From NCBI GenBank assembly GCA_016196885.1, contig JACPWU010000026.1, forward strand, positions 10,082 to 42,081: a stretch of DNA of 32,000 bases. Reading direction: 5' to 3'. A program made the position numbers and the translations under genes. The notes below the pieces were generated by a model, which was not told the DNA's origin, made no database searches, and saw only the letters and a list, made by a program, of their open reading frames with translations. Positions 14,775 to 23,822 of this stretch are shown here, in pieces (position 1 is the first letter of the stretch; each line of letters opens with the position of its first letter). Source of the DNA: Chlamydiota bacterium. Lineage in GTDB: Bacteria; Auribacterota; JACPWU01.

Positions 14775-17501
14775 ATGTCCTTTCATGAATCTTCTTCCTT
14801 AAAGAAAGATGTTCGTTTTCTGACGACGCTCTTAGGCGATGTGATTCGAGAGCAGGAGGGGGAAGACCTTTTTCTTAAGGTCGAAGAAATTCGAAAACTT
14901 GCCAAGAAGATTCGAGAATGTCCTACAGACGAGAAGATTTCGGAGCAGAAAAGAATCATTCATCAACTCACCCTTGACGAAGCTTATAAAATTGCCAGGG
15001 CCTTTACGATTTATTTTCAATTGGTGAACATTGCTGAAGAGCGCCATCGGGTTCGCAGGATCCGGTCTTACGAAAAGGACTTGTCGCTTTTTCAAGAGAT
15101 GTCCCTGCACAAGCTTTTTCGGGATTTGTCGGAGGCATCTATTTCGAAGGAAGATGTTCAAGGTCTTTTGAAGGAATTGGAAATAGAATTGGTTTTAACC
15201 GCTCATCCGACGGAAGTCAAGCGCAGAACAGTTTTGGATCATCTCTTGAGAATTTCTTCCGTCTTGTCTTCCCTGGAGAGACTCGATGTGACCTTCCCTG
15301 AGAAAGAAGAGGCCGTGAGCCAAATCAAGGAGACGCTTGAGATTTTATGGCAGACAACAGAGGTGCGTCAAAAAAAAGTTGAAGTTTTGGATGAAGTCGA
15401 GCAGACCCTTTTTTATTTCCGGCATACCATTTTAGAATTGATGCCTCGTCTTTATCAGAAAATAGGGAGAGAATTCGAAAGGTTTTATCAGAAGGAATTG
15501 CTTTTATTTCCTTCTCTTCGCTTTGGGTCCTGGGTCGGGTCTGACCGGGATGGGAATCCGAACGTCACACCTGTTGTAAGCCTAAAATCCGTCATGCTTT
15601 ATCGCAGGTTGATTCTGAGACATTATTTGGGCGTTGTCGAAGATTTCATTCGAAGATTTAGTCAGTCTTTGCGCCGCATTTCTGTGAGTGAGGAGCTTTT
15701 GAGCTCTTTGAAAATGGACAGAAAAAAGATGCCTTCTTTGGCTCGCGAGATGGAGCGTTTTGAGCCCACAGAAGTTTACCGGAAAAAATTCACCTTCATC
15801 CATCGGCAGCTCGAAAATACCTTGAATCAGAAAAAGTCTGCTTATCCGAGTGAAGAGGTGTTTTTGAAAGATGTTTTGATCGTGAAAAGGAGTTTAGAAG
15901 CTCATCAAGGACATTTTGCTGCCCGAGGGGATTTGGATGACTTGATTTGCAAGATTAAAATTTTTGGTTTTCATTTAGCAAAACTTGATTTCAGGGATCA
16001 CACAGGAAAGATTCGGAAAACGCTCCAAGAGCTTTTTCCAAAAGAAGCTCTCAATGAAGAGATGATTTTGAAAAAAATAAAATCGGGTGAAAAAATACCT
16101 TCTCGCTCTTCTCTTTCACCTGACGCCAGAGATATTTTAAGTCAGTTGGCGACCCTTCAAAAAAATCAGGAGCTCAACACCCAGGCTTTTGAAAATTATA
16201 TTTTGAGCATGACAGAAAAGGCATGCGATGTGCTTTCTTTTTTCTATTTGGCCCAAGGGAGGAAATTGATCAAGGGGGTCGCAGGGCGTGTCAGGGAATC
16301 TCGCGTGGGGATTGTCCCTCTTTTTGAAACGATTGAATCTTTGGATCATGCGCATGAAGTGATGGATCATCTCTTTCAAAATCCGCTCTATCGCTCTTAC
16401 GTGACATCCAGGGATGATATTCAAGAGGTGATGCTGGGTTATTCTGACAGTAGCAAGGATGGAGGATATTTTGCGGCCAATTGGAAAATTTATGAAGCTC
16501 AAAAAAGATTGGTTGAAGTGGCTGAAAGGCATCGGGTCAAGCTTCGTCTTTTTCATGGTAAGGGAGGTACCATTGATCGTGGGGGAGGGGAATCCCATAA
16601 GGCCATTTTGGCTCAACCGGAGGCGGCCGTAGGAGGCCGTATTAAAATGACAGAACAGGGAGAGGTGGTCTCGCAAAAATATGCGAATCCTGTCATTGCC
16701 GAGAGAAATTGGGAGCAGCTCGTCAGTGCGGTGATGGAGGCCCAGCTTATTTCAAGGAAAAAACTCGAGGCAGAGCCTCGCATTGCGGTTTGGGAATCTC
16801 GAATGAATCACTTAGCGGATTTGTCTTTCCATTTTTATCGGGAATTCATTCTTGGGACTCAGAATTTTTTAGATTTTTATCACCAGGCAACCCCGATTGA
16901 AATTTTGAAGGAGACTCGAATTGCGTCGCGGCCTCCCTCTCGGATGGATCAAAAGAGTTTCGGGGCCCTTCGGGCCATCCCTTGGGTTTTTAGCTGGGTG
17001 CAATCCAGATACATTATTTCTGCTTGGTATGGGATCGGTCATGCCTTGGAAGCTTATTTGGATGAGCGTGGGAAAGGAGGTCTTGAGGAGCTTCGAGAGA
17101 TGTATCGCGAATGGCCTTTTTTTTCTTCCTTGCTAAACAATGCGCAAGTTTCTTTGGCCAAGACGGACCTTTACATTGCTGAGCAATATGCATCCTTGGT
17201 AAAAGATGAGAGTTGTCGAGAGAAAATCCATGAGAAAATTGCCTTAGAGTACAAACGTTCTGTGAAATATGTTTTAGAAATTGCACAGAGTGACGAGCTT
17301 CTCAATTTTCATCCCGTTTTGAAAGAATCCATTCGCTTGAGAAATCCGTATGTGGATCCCTTGAATTACCTTCAGGTGAGATTCTTGAGAGAATCCCGTT
17401 CAGAAAAAGATCGCAAGGCTGAAGGCTTACAAAATAAAAGGAATGAAATTCTTCTTTTGACCGTGAATGGCATTGCGTTTGGAATGAAGAGTACGGGATA
17501 A
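14775..17501 (+). CDS. ppc: Phosphoenolpyruvate carboxylase
   Basis: VLTAHPTE, FHGKGGTIDRGGG and C-terminal NGIAFGMKSTG are the hallmark PEPC motifs. ATG 14775 (MSFHESSSLKKDVRFLTTLLGDVI) is preferred over the TTG at 14748 in the ORF track. Confidence 0.93.
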   Translation: MSFHESSSLKKDVRFLTTLLGDVIREQEGEDLFLKVEEIRKLAKKIRECPTDEKISEQKRIIHQLTLDEAYKIARAFTIYFQLVNIAEERHRVRRIRSYEKDLSLFQEMSLHKLFRDLSEASISKEDVQGLLKELEIELVLTAHPTEVKRRTVLDHLLRISSVLSSLERLDVTFPEKEEAVSQIKETLEILWQTTEVRQKKVEVLDEVEQTLFYFRHTILELMPRLYQKIGREFERFYQKELLLFPSLRFGSWVGSDRDGNPNVTPVVSLKSVMLYRRLILRHYLGVVEDFIRRFSQSLRRISVSEELLSSLKMDRKKMPSLAREMERFEPTEVYRKKFTFIHRQLENTLNQKKSAYPSEEVFLKDVLIVKRSLEAHQGHFAARGDLDDLICKIKIFGFHLAKLDFRDHTGKIRKTLQELFPKEALNEEMILKKIKSGEKIPSRSSLSPDARDILSQLATLQKNQELNTQAFENYILSMTEKACDVLSFFYLAQGRKLIKGVAGRVRESRVGIVPLFETIESLDHAHEVMDHLFQNPLYRSYVTSRDDIQEVMLGYSDSSKDGGYFAANWKIYEAQKRLVEVAERHRVKLRLFHGKGGTIDRGGGESHKAILAQPEAAVGGRIKMTEQGEVVSQKYANPVIAERNWEQLVSAVMEAQLISRKKLEAEPRIAVWESRMNHLADLSFHFYREFILGTQNFLDFYHQATPIEILKETRIASRPPSRMDQKSFGALRAIPWVFSWVQSRYIISAWYGIGHALEAYLDERGKGGLEELREMYREWPFFSSLLNNAQVSLAKTDLYIAEQYASLVKDESCREKIHEKIALEYKRSVKYVLEIAQSDELLNFHPVLKESIRLRNPYVDPLNYLQVRFLRESRSEKDRKAEGLQNKRNEILLLTVNGIAFGMKSTG

Positions 17502-17503
17502 AA

Positions 17504-17567
17504 ACAGTCGTGAGCCGTGAGGGATGAGTCGTGAGTTTTAAAGGTGTTATTTCTTACTCACGACTGT
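17504..17567. repeat. Family B inverted repeat, truncated copy
   Basis: GTCGTGA GCCGTGA GGGATGA GTCGTGA, then GTTTTAAAGGTGTTATTTCTTAC, then a single TCACGAC unit. ACAGTCGTGA (17504-17513) is perfectly complementary to TCACGACTGT (17558-17567). A 41-nt stretch matches the 7472-7564 copy with two differences. Confidence 0.9.
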
Positions 17568-17616
17568 CTTAATTCCTTCTGCTCAAAAGAGTTGTGTAAC
17601 TATTTCTAACCTCTGT

Positions 17617-17645
17617 TTGACATTTCAGCTTTTTCGCGCTATAAT
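17617..17645 (+). promoter_or_regulatory. Consensus sigma70 promoter TTGACA-17-TATAAT
   Basis: TTGACA at 17617-17622, exactly 17 nt of spacer, TATAAT at 17640-17645. It lies 31 nt upstream of the ATG of the 1039-aa ORF and just downstream of the ppc hairpin element. Confidence 0.65.
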
Positions 17646-17675
17646 TTACTCTGTCCGTGATACATAGGCGAAAAT

Positions 17676-20600
17676 ATGCGCTTATCTTTTCAAGGCTATT
17701 TCCTTCGCATGTTTTTTTTCTTTCTATCCTTCATTTTTATTATCAAACAAGGCTACACCGAAAAAATTGATTTCCCCGAAGTTTTTGGAAAGGTGAATGA
17801 ATCTTACGAAGGTCATTCTCAGCGCACGGTGATCATTATTCAGGACACTCACCGCAATGATGAATGTCAGGTGAACGCCGTTCAAATTCTGAATTCCATT
17901 TCTACGCGTGAGAGTATTCCTTTGATTGCGTTGGAGGGAGCCAAAGGACCTTTTTTGACTTCTATGATTCGAAATCTTCCAGATAAAAATTTGAATCAAG
18001 AAGTTGCAACTTATTTTTTAAGAGAAGGACGAATCACGGCGCCGGAATATTTTGCGATGGTGAGCGAGTGGGCTCTCCATACAGAACTTTTGGGTGTGGA
18101 GGATCGAGACCTTTATTTGAAGGATCTGGATCTTTTTAAGAAGGCTCATGAAGAGGCCAAGGGGTTGGAGAATGCCTTGTCCACGTTGGATAAAATGCTG
18201 ATTCAGCTCAAGGCGGAGGTTTATTCCGGGGAGTTAAAGGATTGGGACGTTTTGGTGGATGAATATCAGAAGGGGAGAATCCCTTTCAAGGCCTATTTTA
18301 GAAAATTATTTCAGGGGGCTCAAGAAAGTCCTCAGATTTTGCAGGATTATCCAGAGGGGGTCAGTCAAGGTGAGATTTTTAAACTGGAGGAGAAAATCCA
18401 ATTTTTTGTCCTCGATCAAGAACGATCTAAAATGATCACGGCCTTAAGCCAGAGGCTTTCTTCCAAAATGCTTTCGAAACTTTTGGTCCGTAGCCTTGAC
18501 TATCGTATGAGAAGAATGTCTTCTTACCTTTATCATCGTCTCTTGTGGCGTTTGGCCCGAGGCGTTGGACTCAAGCCAGAGGATTATCCTAATTTAGACC
18601 TTTATGAAACGTACATTGAGAGGATTCACGGTCTTTCAGAGAAAAAGCTTTTTAAAGAATTGAGTGCCCTGACAGAATTCTTCCAAAAGAAGTCTGTTCA
18701 GAGTGAAGGTCAAAGAGAGTTGGTGGACATCTCTCGCCGGTTGAGTCTGATTGAAAAGATGATGCAATTGAGAATTTCAAATGAAGATTTTGAGGATTTC
18801 TTGTCTCATGAAGATACTTATCGCTGGGAGAAAATGGTACGCCCACTTGAAGATCTGGCCCATTCCTTGGAGATCCATTTTGTCTTGCCTGAGGAATTGA
18901 AACAGTTGGATCAAACTTTACCACTTTTTAGATCTTTTTATGAAGCGGCGCTCCAGAGAAATCAGGCCATGGTCCGGAATCTTCTTGAGCGGATGGATAT
19001 TTTAAATGACCGCTTCGCTGTTTTATTCATCGGCGGTTTTCATATTCAGGGGGTGAGCGCATTGTTAAAAGAAAAGGGTGTTTCCTATTTTGTCATCACG
19101 CCTCGTGTGACCACGTTACAAACGGGTGAGTCTCTCTATTTTCCTTTGCTTCTGAATGAAAAAAATATTTTTGAGAAATGGTCTACCCCCATTTCCTTTC
19201 TTCCATCTGCATTAGAGGCCCCCCACGTTTTGAATGATCCCCCTTTGGCCTATCCGGATCAGCAGGTGGCTGTGTTAAGGCTTTATGCCCTTTTCTTTGA
19301 AGGGGTTAAACTTTTGGATCATCTTTCTGAAGAAAAATTGAACGGTGTCCCATGGCTGGAAAAAGACCGGGTGTGGGGTTCCTTGGAGAAGATAGTTGAA
19401 AAGGCAGGAGGCGATACTTTTAAAATGTGTTTTTCATCCAGCGTTTTGAAGGAAGGGGTATTGGAAGTTCCTGTGTATTTTCGAAATGAAGAGGGAGAGG
19501 AGTCGGCGGCCAGTGTCTTATTTAGAGAGGGTCCGTTTGCCGAGGTGAAAATGGATGATCGGGTCATGACACAAGAAGGGTCCTCCCTTCTTGCCTTAGA
19601 GACTTTGCATTTTTCCCAGAGGGATATTCAGGTGTGTGTGGTTGAAAGAAATTCGGCTGAGATGAAGATTCACAGAGAATGGAGGGATCGGGTTTTGAGG
19701 GAGAAGCTCCAGGATTTGGGTTTTTCTAAGAGATTCTCCCAGGATTTGGCTTTTCAATTGACACACGCATGGAGATCTTCGGGAGAAAATTTAGAACGAC
19801 TTAAAAAAAATTTTCGGGAGGAGTTTAAAGATAAAAATTTAGATGGGAAGAGGGCTTTAGAGATTTTAGAAGCTTTTCACCAAGCAGCGGTCAGCCCCTT
19901 TGATTTTTTAACCTTGGAAGATTGGGCGAAAGCCTTTCTAGAGGCAGGCCTTTACGAGAACGGGGCTGAAGGGAAACAATTTGAGGAAATGAAGGCGATG
20001 GCCTCTCTGGAGCGTCGTTCCTGGAATGAGTTTCAGGATTTTGGGGATGATTTTTTGAATCAGGAACTTCTGATGAAAAAGCCAGTGGTGATGGGCGTGG
20101 AATGGGAAAGCCTTTTCGACGTGCAAGAGAAGGATCCGAACACTTTTGAAGTGAGATGGATGGCTCCCGAATTGGGACAGATTCTCAAGTGTTTTTGGGC
20201 TTATTCTGGAGAGAGGGGGCAAAGGGGAAAAGGTTTGAAATTCGTTTTTTTCAGTTTTCAACCAACCGTGGATAAGGCGTTGATGCGTCAGGTGCTTATT
20301 TCTGCAGGCATTCCTGAAGAGGGACTTCAGGGGTGTCTGATAGATAGGAGCGATCTTCAAAGAGTGGAAAATCCTAATCAAACCTTGTATCGTTTGATTC
20401 AGGATCAAACAGGAATTTCTCCAGAACGGGTGGCCTTGATTTGTTTGGAAGAAAGTCCTTTAAAATTTAAAAAGGTGAATCAAGTGGTTGCGAGACTCCA
20501 AAGGCCAGGGCTTGCGACAGGTAAGAGGGTTGATTTTTGTGATGCCTTGGCGACGGCGATGGTTCTTTTAAATGAGTCTATTGATAAAAAGGGAGACGGG

Positions 20601-20795
20601 ATTTTAAATTCTTTTGTTCAGGTCTTGGCAAAACGATTGGGAAAGACCGAAGAAGAGGCATCAAGGGTTTTAAGATCGGTGATGGCTGCAAAGGGTTATA
20701 CCTTTTCCGCTGAAGATGATTTGACAGGAGCGAGTGAAATGGAGAGAATAGGGGTCCAAAAGGAAAACCCGGCGAGAGAAAAGGAGAAGGGATGA
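17676..20795 (+). CDS. Large secreted/membrane-anchored protein of unknown function; N-terminal half has TraB/GumN/Tiki-like motifs
   Basis: 1039-aa uninterrupted ORF with N-terminal hydrophobic anchor FFFFLSFIFII. TVIIIQDTH(59)RND...IPLIALEGA and FAVLFIGGFH(456)IQGVSALLKEKGVSYFV resemble the GTxH...E...GxxH(l)xG...L...Gy motifs of the TraB/GumN/Tiki superfamily. I do not recognise aa 500-1039. Confidence 0.6.
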   Translation: MRLSFQGYFLRMFFFFLSFIFIIKQGYTEKIDFPEVFGKVNESYEGHSQRTVIIIQDTHRNDECQVNAVQILNSISTRESIPLIALEGAKGPFLTSMIRNLPDKNLNQEVATYFLREGRITAPEYFAMVSEWALHTELLGVEDRDLYLKDLDLFKKAHEEAKGLENALSTLDKMLIQLKAEVYSGELKDWDVLVDEYQKGRIPFKAYFRKLFQGAQESPQILQDYPEGVSQGEIFKLEEKIQFFVLDQERSKMITALSQRLSSKMLSKLLVRSLDYRMRRMSSYLYHRLLWRLARGVGLKPEDYPNLDLYETYIERIHGLSEKKLFKELSALTEFFQKKSVQSEGQRELVDISRRLSLIEKMMQLRISNEDFEDFLSHEDTYRWEKMVRPLEDLAHSLEIHFVLPEELKQLDQTLPLFRSFYEAALQRNQAMVRNLLERMDILNDRFAVLFIGGFHIQGVSALLKEKGVSYFVITPRVTTLQTGESLYFPLLLNEKNIFEKWSTPISFLPSALEAPHVLNDPPLAYPDQQVAVLRLYALFFEGVKLLDHLSEEKLNGVPWLEKDRVWGSLEKIVEKAGGDTFKMCFSSSVLKEGVLEVPVYFRNEEGEESAASVLFREGPFAEVKMDDRVMTQEGSSLLALETLHFSQRDIQVCVVERNSAEMKIHREWRDRVLREKLQDLGFSKRFSQDLAFQLTHAWRSSGENLERLKKNFREEFKDKNLDGKRALEILEAFHQAAVSPFDFLTLEDWAKAFLEAGLYENGAEGKQFEEMKAMASLERRSWNEFQDFGDDFLNQELLMKKPVVMGVEWESLFDVQEKDPNTFEVRWMAPELGQILKCFWAYSGERGQRGKGLKFVFFSFQPTVDKALMRQVLISAGIPEEGLQGCLIDRSDLQRVENPNQTLYRLIQDQTGISPERVALICLEESPLKFKKVNQVVARLQRPGLATGKRVDFCDALATAMVLLNESIDKKGDGILNSFVQVLAKRLGKTEEEASRVLRSVMAAKGYTFSAEDDLTGASEMERIGVQKENPAREKEKG

Positions 20796-21277
20796 TGAGA
20801 ATGAAAAAATTTTGTTTGAGCGTGTGTTGGATTTTTTTGATTTCTACTTTTTTAAATGCGGAAAATACTCCAGTCAGTGCTAAGGCAGAGGATCCCGTTT
20901 ATGAAAAGGCATATGATCTCTATAATCAGGCCAAATACGATGATGCGATGGCTCTTTTCAAACAAATTTTGGAGAAGGATTCGAAAAATTTAAAGGCCCA
21001 GGTCTATTATGGGGTTTGTTTTATGGGGAAAGAGGAGTTCGATCAGGCGATTGTAGAGTTGGAAAAAGCCTTGAGTTTGGATGCAAAATTCCCTCTCACG
21101 AATTATGCCTTGTCCGTGAGTTATGCTCGAAAGTCTTCGCCGGATGCGATGAAGGCGGAAGAATATTTGGGGTTGGCCAAAAAATATGGATATCAAGTGC
21201 CTGCCTGGTTTGAGCAGTATTTGGATCGCTTGAAAAAAGGGAAGGTTCCTGCCCAGAAAGAAGAGAAAAAACCTTAA
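20792..21277 (+). CDS. Secreted TPR repeat protein
   Basis: ATGA overlap with the upstream stop. Signal peptide MKKFCLSVCWIFLISTFLNA, TPR-like units (AYDLYNQAKYDDAMALFKQILEKD; AQVYYGVCFMGKEEFDQAIVELEKALSLD) and a lysine-rich tail. Confidence 0.7.
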   Translation: MMRMKKFCLSVCWIFLISTFLNAENTPVSAKAEDPVYEKAYDLYNQAKYDDAMALFKQILEKDSKNLKAQVYYGVCFMGKEEFDQAIVELEKALSLDAKFPLTNYALSVSYARKSSPDAMKAEEYLGLAKKYGYQVPAWFEQYLDRLKKGKVPAQKEEKKP

Positions 21278-21319
21278 GAATTTTAAGACTTAAAATAACC
21301 TATCCCATTTTTTCTTTCA

Positions 21320-21530
21320 AGTGCTGCGGTAGTGGGTCCTGTCCCTCCTCACCCAGCAAAGGAGGCCCGCTGCCTGTGGAAGAAAAAGGGCCGACTGCGG
21401 TAGTAGATGTTTTCTTACCTTATACTGAGACGGCATCGGTCTCGTCAATATTTTAGTCTAGGTGCATGGAGTAATGTCTCGACCTGCTGGCGCTCGATGG
21501 GGGACCCCCAGTCGGGCCACCCACTATTTT
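21320..21530 (+). ncRNA. Candidate structured RNA or structured leader (class unknown)
   Basis: No ORF of 60 aa or more in any frame. 117/210 G+C by hand count, against visibly AT-richer flanks. Nested long-range pairings: TAGTGGGT 21330-21337 with ACCCACTA 21519-21526, and GGGCCGACTG 21388-21397 with CAGTCGGGCC 21509-21518 (one mismatch). Local hairpins CCTCC/GGAGG 21344-21365 and GAGAC/GTCTC 21427-21443. The strand is not established. Confidence 0.35.
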
Positions 21531-21554
21531 GAAATATAAGCATAAGGAATTTTT

Positions 21555-23822
21555 ATGATGAAACTCGAAAAAGATATGTCCCTTTCCGATCTGGCTCGTG
21601 ATTTTTCAACGCGGCTTTATTTTCCTAAGGATGCAAACTGGGAGGAATTAAGTGAATTTCTTTCTGGCCAGATTTTTCAAAGGGCTCAAGGACTTCACGC
21701 GCAGGGGATGAAGGAGGATCGTTTTGGCTATAAGAGTCGCATCAGTGGGATTTTTGGCGATGCCTCGGCCAAGGATCGTAAGGCAATTGATGAGTATTTG
21801 TGCTCTCAGGAGGAAAGGGGAGCCCGTGTCATGATTCACGCAGGGATTGGGGGGCAGGCCTTGGGCAGTCGCGCCCAGATTGAGTCTGTGGGGGTTCGCG
21901 AGGGGTATCGGGTGTACGTGTTGGAAAAGATAGGCATTGATTTCGCCAAACTTTATTCTGAAATTGAAGGAAAGGGTTTTAAGGCAAGCGAGATCTTGAT
22001 TCATGCGAGTTCTAAATCGGGGACGACCGATGAGACCATGATTAATTTTCAGAATGCCTTGAGGGCTTTGATTCGGGGCTTGGCTCAAGGGCGAGGACTT
22101 TCTTCAAATGTAGCACAAGACTTGATTTCGAAATATGAAGGCAAGGGGGATTTGGCGAAAATCAACTTGGTGTCTTTGGGTCTTTCGCTCGATCAAAAAA
22201 AATTGCTTCAAGAGGCGTTTGATCATGTTGTTTTTACAACCACGCCCGATTCAAAACAGAGTCGAATTTATGAATTGGCCCAAAGCCCTTTTGTGAAAGA
22301 ACTTTCGCAGGAGGTTGATGGTCAGACCCAAGGGCTTTTGACTTTCCCTATCCCAAACAATGTGGGTGGAAGATTTTCTAGGCGCAGTCAGTCTGGAGAA
22401 TTGAGCGCTGGTTTTGCAGGGCGGGATATTTTTAAAATTTATGAAGGGGCTTTGAAAATTCTTCCCCTGTTTGAAACATCAGATATTCAAGTTAATCCAG
22501 CTTTGAAGTTGGCCCTTTTAATTTATCTTTCGAAAGTAGATTTTATATGCGCCTCTGTTCAATCTTCGAATCAAATGGCGGTGGCCGATGCCTTCCGCCA
22601 GCTTTTTCCTGAAAGCAATGGGAAGGATGGTCAGGGACCCTTTGTCGTGAGCTCTGTTGGACAAAAAGAGTTAAACGATCGAATGCATTCTCTTTTGAAT
22701 ACTTTCTATATTTTAATCAATGTCCAGGGCGATCAAGGAAAGAATTTAGAATTGGTTCGCCCTGTGGATTCAAAGAGATTTTGTTTTGAATATCGTCAGA
22801 AAAATCTGTCTGAAGAAGAAGAAGCCATGAGGGATTTATTCTTTGATGAAATGACGGTGTGGTTTGGCCTCTTGAGTGCGGCAGAGATTGCGACGGACAT
22901 TCATTCGAAGGAATATGAAAAACGAGACCCTCAGAATCAACCTTTTGTCGAGCATGGGAAGAAATTAATGAGGGTATCTGCAAAGAATTTAGATCGGGCT
23001 AGCGGAGCTGCTCGAAGACGGTGTGAAGAAGAATCTAGAAAAGTAAAGAGCGGCCCTATCATTGATTCTATTCATTTGTTCGAGAATAAAAGAAAGCTGA
23101 ATGCTGAAGAGGGTGAGGGGCGTATTCAAAAAATTCTTTCGAAAATGATTTTTCCTTCAGGAATATCTCAGAATGATCAGGAGCTTGAACATCTTTTGAA
23201 GAAAGTTTCAGCTTTAAGAGTTAAGCGACGTTTAACGAGGGCAATGGGAGAGGTTGCTCAACTGGACCAGGAAATAGAAAATTTCTACACTCGATTTTCT
23301 GATTTTGGTCGAGCTTCTTTACCGGATCCATCAGAAAGGCAAGCTCGTATTTTGGCAGCCTTGATTTGTGAAGAGCATCAAAAAGGTAAAATGGTTTTGC
23401 CGGTTTTTTATACGGCTTTAGAACAGGCTGAGATTTTGGGAGAATGGTGGAGATTTGTTGGGGGAAGATACTTGCACGATTTTGGATTGGGCACGCGAGA
23501 ACAGCATTCTCATTTTCAAAGTCTTTTGGATGGGAAAGAGGTGGTTCTCCCCTTGCTCATAGATTTTGTAACTCCTTATGAAGAAATGGGTCGTCGAGAA
23601 GAAAAAATCGAATCTTATGGACTGGCCAAGGATTATTTAAAGGGTTTGTATCCTGATGAGGTGCGCCGTCTTTATTTAGAAGCCGAGGCCAAGACTTTTG
23701 TCAAGATTACAAAGAGAAGTTGTATGGTGTTGAGAATGAAAGACTTAGGATCTAAAGAGGCTGAGTTAGAGGCGTGGCGATTTTTTACAAGGGTTTGGGG
23801 TATTTTGCATGCAACGGGTTAA
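21555..23822 (+). CDS. Glucose-6-phosphate isomerase family protein, atypically long (755 aa) with a C-terminal partial repeat
   Basis: PGI/SIS motifs in canonical order: HAGIGGQALGSRA, SSKSGTTDET, NNVGGRFS, FPE(353)SNGK, MH(378)SLL, NQPFVEHGK(469)K. aa 610-755 then repeats the EWW...GT.EQH(651)SHFQ...G segment. AAGGAA RBS. Confidence 0.75.
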   Translation: MMKLEKDMSLSDLARDFSTRLYFPKDANWEELSEFLSGQIFQRAQGLHAQGMKEDRFGYKSRISGIFGDASAKDRKAIDEYLCSQEERGARVMIHAGIGGQALGSRAQIESVGVREGYRVYVLEKIGIDFAKLYSEIEGKGFKASEILIHASSKSGTTDETMINFQNALRALIRGLAQGRGLSSNVAQDLISKYEGKGDLAKINLVSLGLSLDQKKLLQEAFDHVVFTTTPDSKQSRIYELAQSPFVKELSQEVDGQTQGLLTFPIPNNVGGRFSRRSQSGELSAGFAGRDIFKIYEGALKILPLFETSDIQVNPALKLALLIYLSKVDFICASVQSSNQMAVADAFRQLFPESNGKDGQGPFVVSSVGQKELNDRMHSLLNTFYILINVQGDQGKNLELVRPVDSKRFCFEYRQKNLSEEEEAMRDLFFDEMTVWFGLLSAAEIATDIHSKEYEKRDPQNQPFVEHGKKLMRVSAKNLDRASGAARRRCEEESRKVKSGPIIDSIHLFENKRKLNAEEGEGRIQKILSKMIFPSGISQNDQELEHLLKKVSALRVKRRLTRAMGEVAQLDQEIENFYTRFSDFGRASLPDPSERQARILAALICEEHQKGKMVLPVFYTALEQAEILGEWWRFVGGRYLHDFGLGTREQHSHFQSLLDGKEVVLPLLIDFVTPYEEMGRREEKIESYGLAKDYLKGLYPDEVRRLYLEAEAKTFVKITKRSCMVLRMKDLGSKEAELEAWRFFTRVWGILHATG

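Noticed and set aside
21421-21510. CTGAGA plus ACCTG...GGGGA strings that hint at a TPP riboswitch.
   Set aside because: The order of the conserved elements is wrong (GGTGC follows CTGAGA). The pyrimidine-sensor helix and UAAU-type loop are missing, and the downstream gene is unrelated to thiamine.
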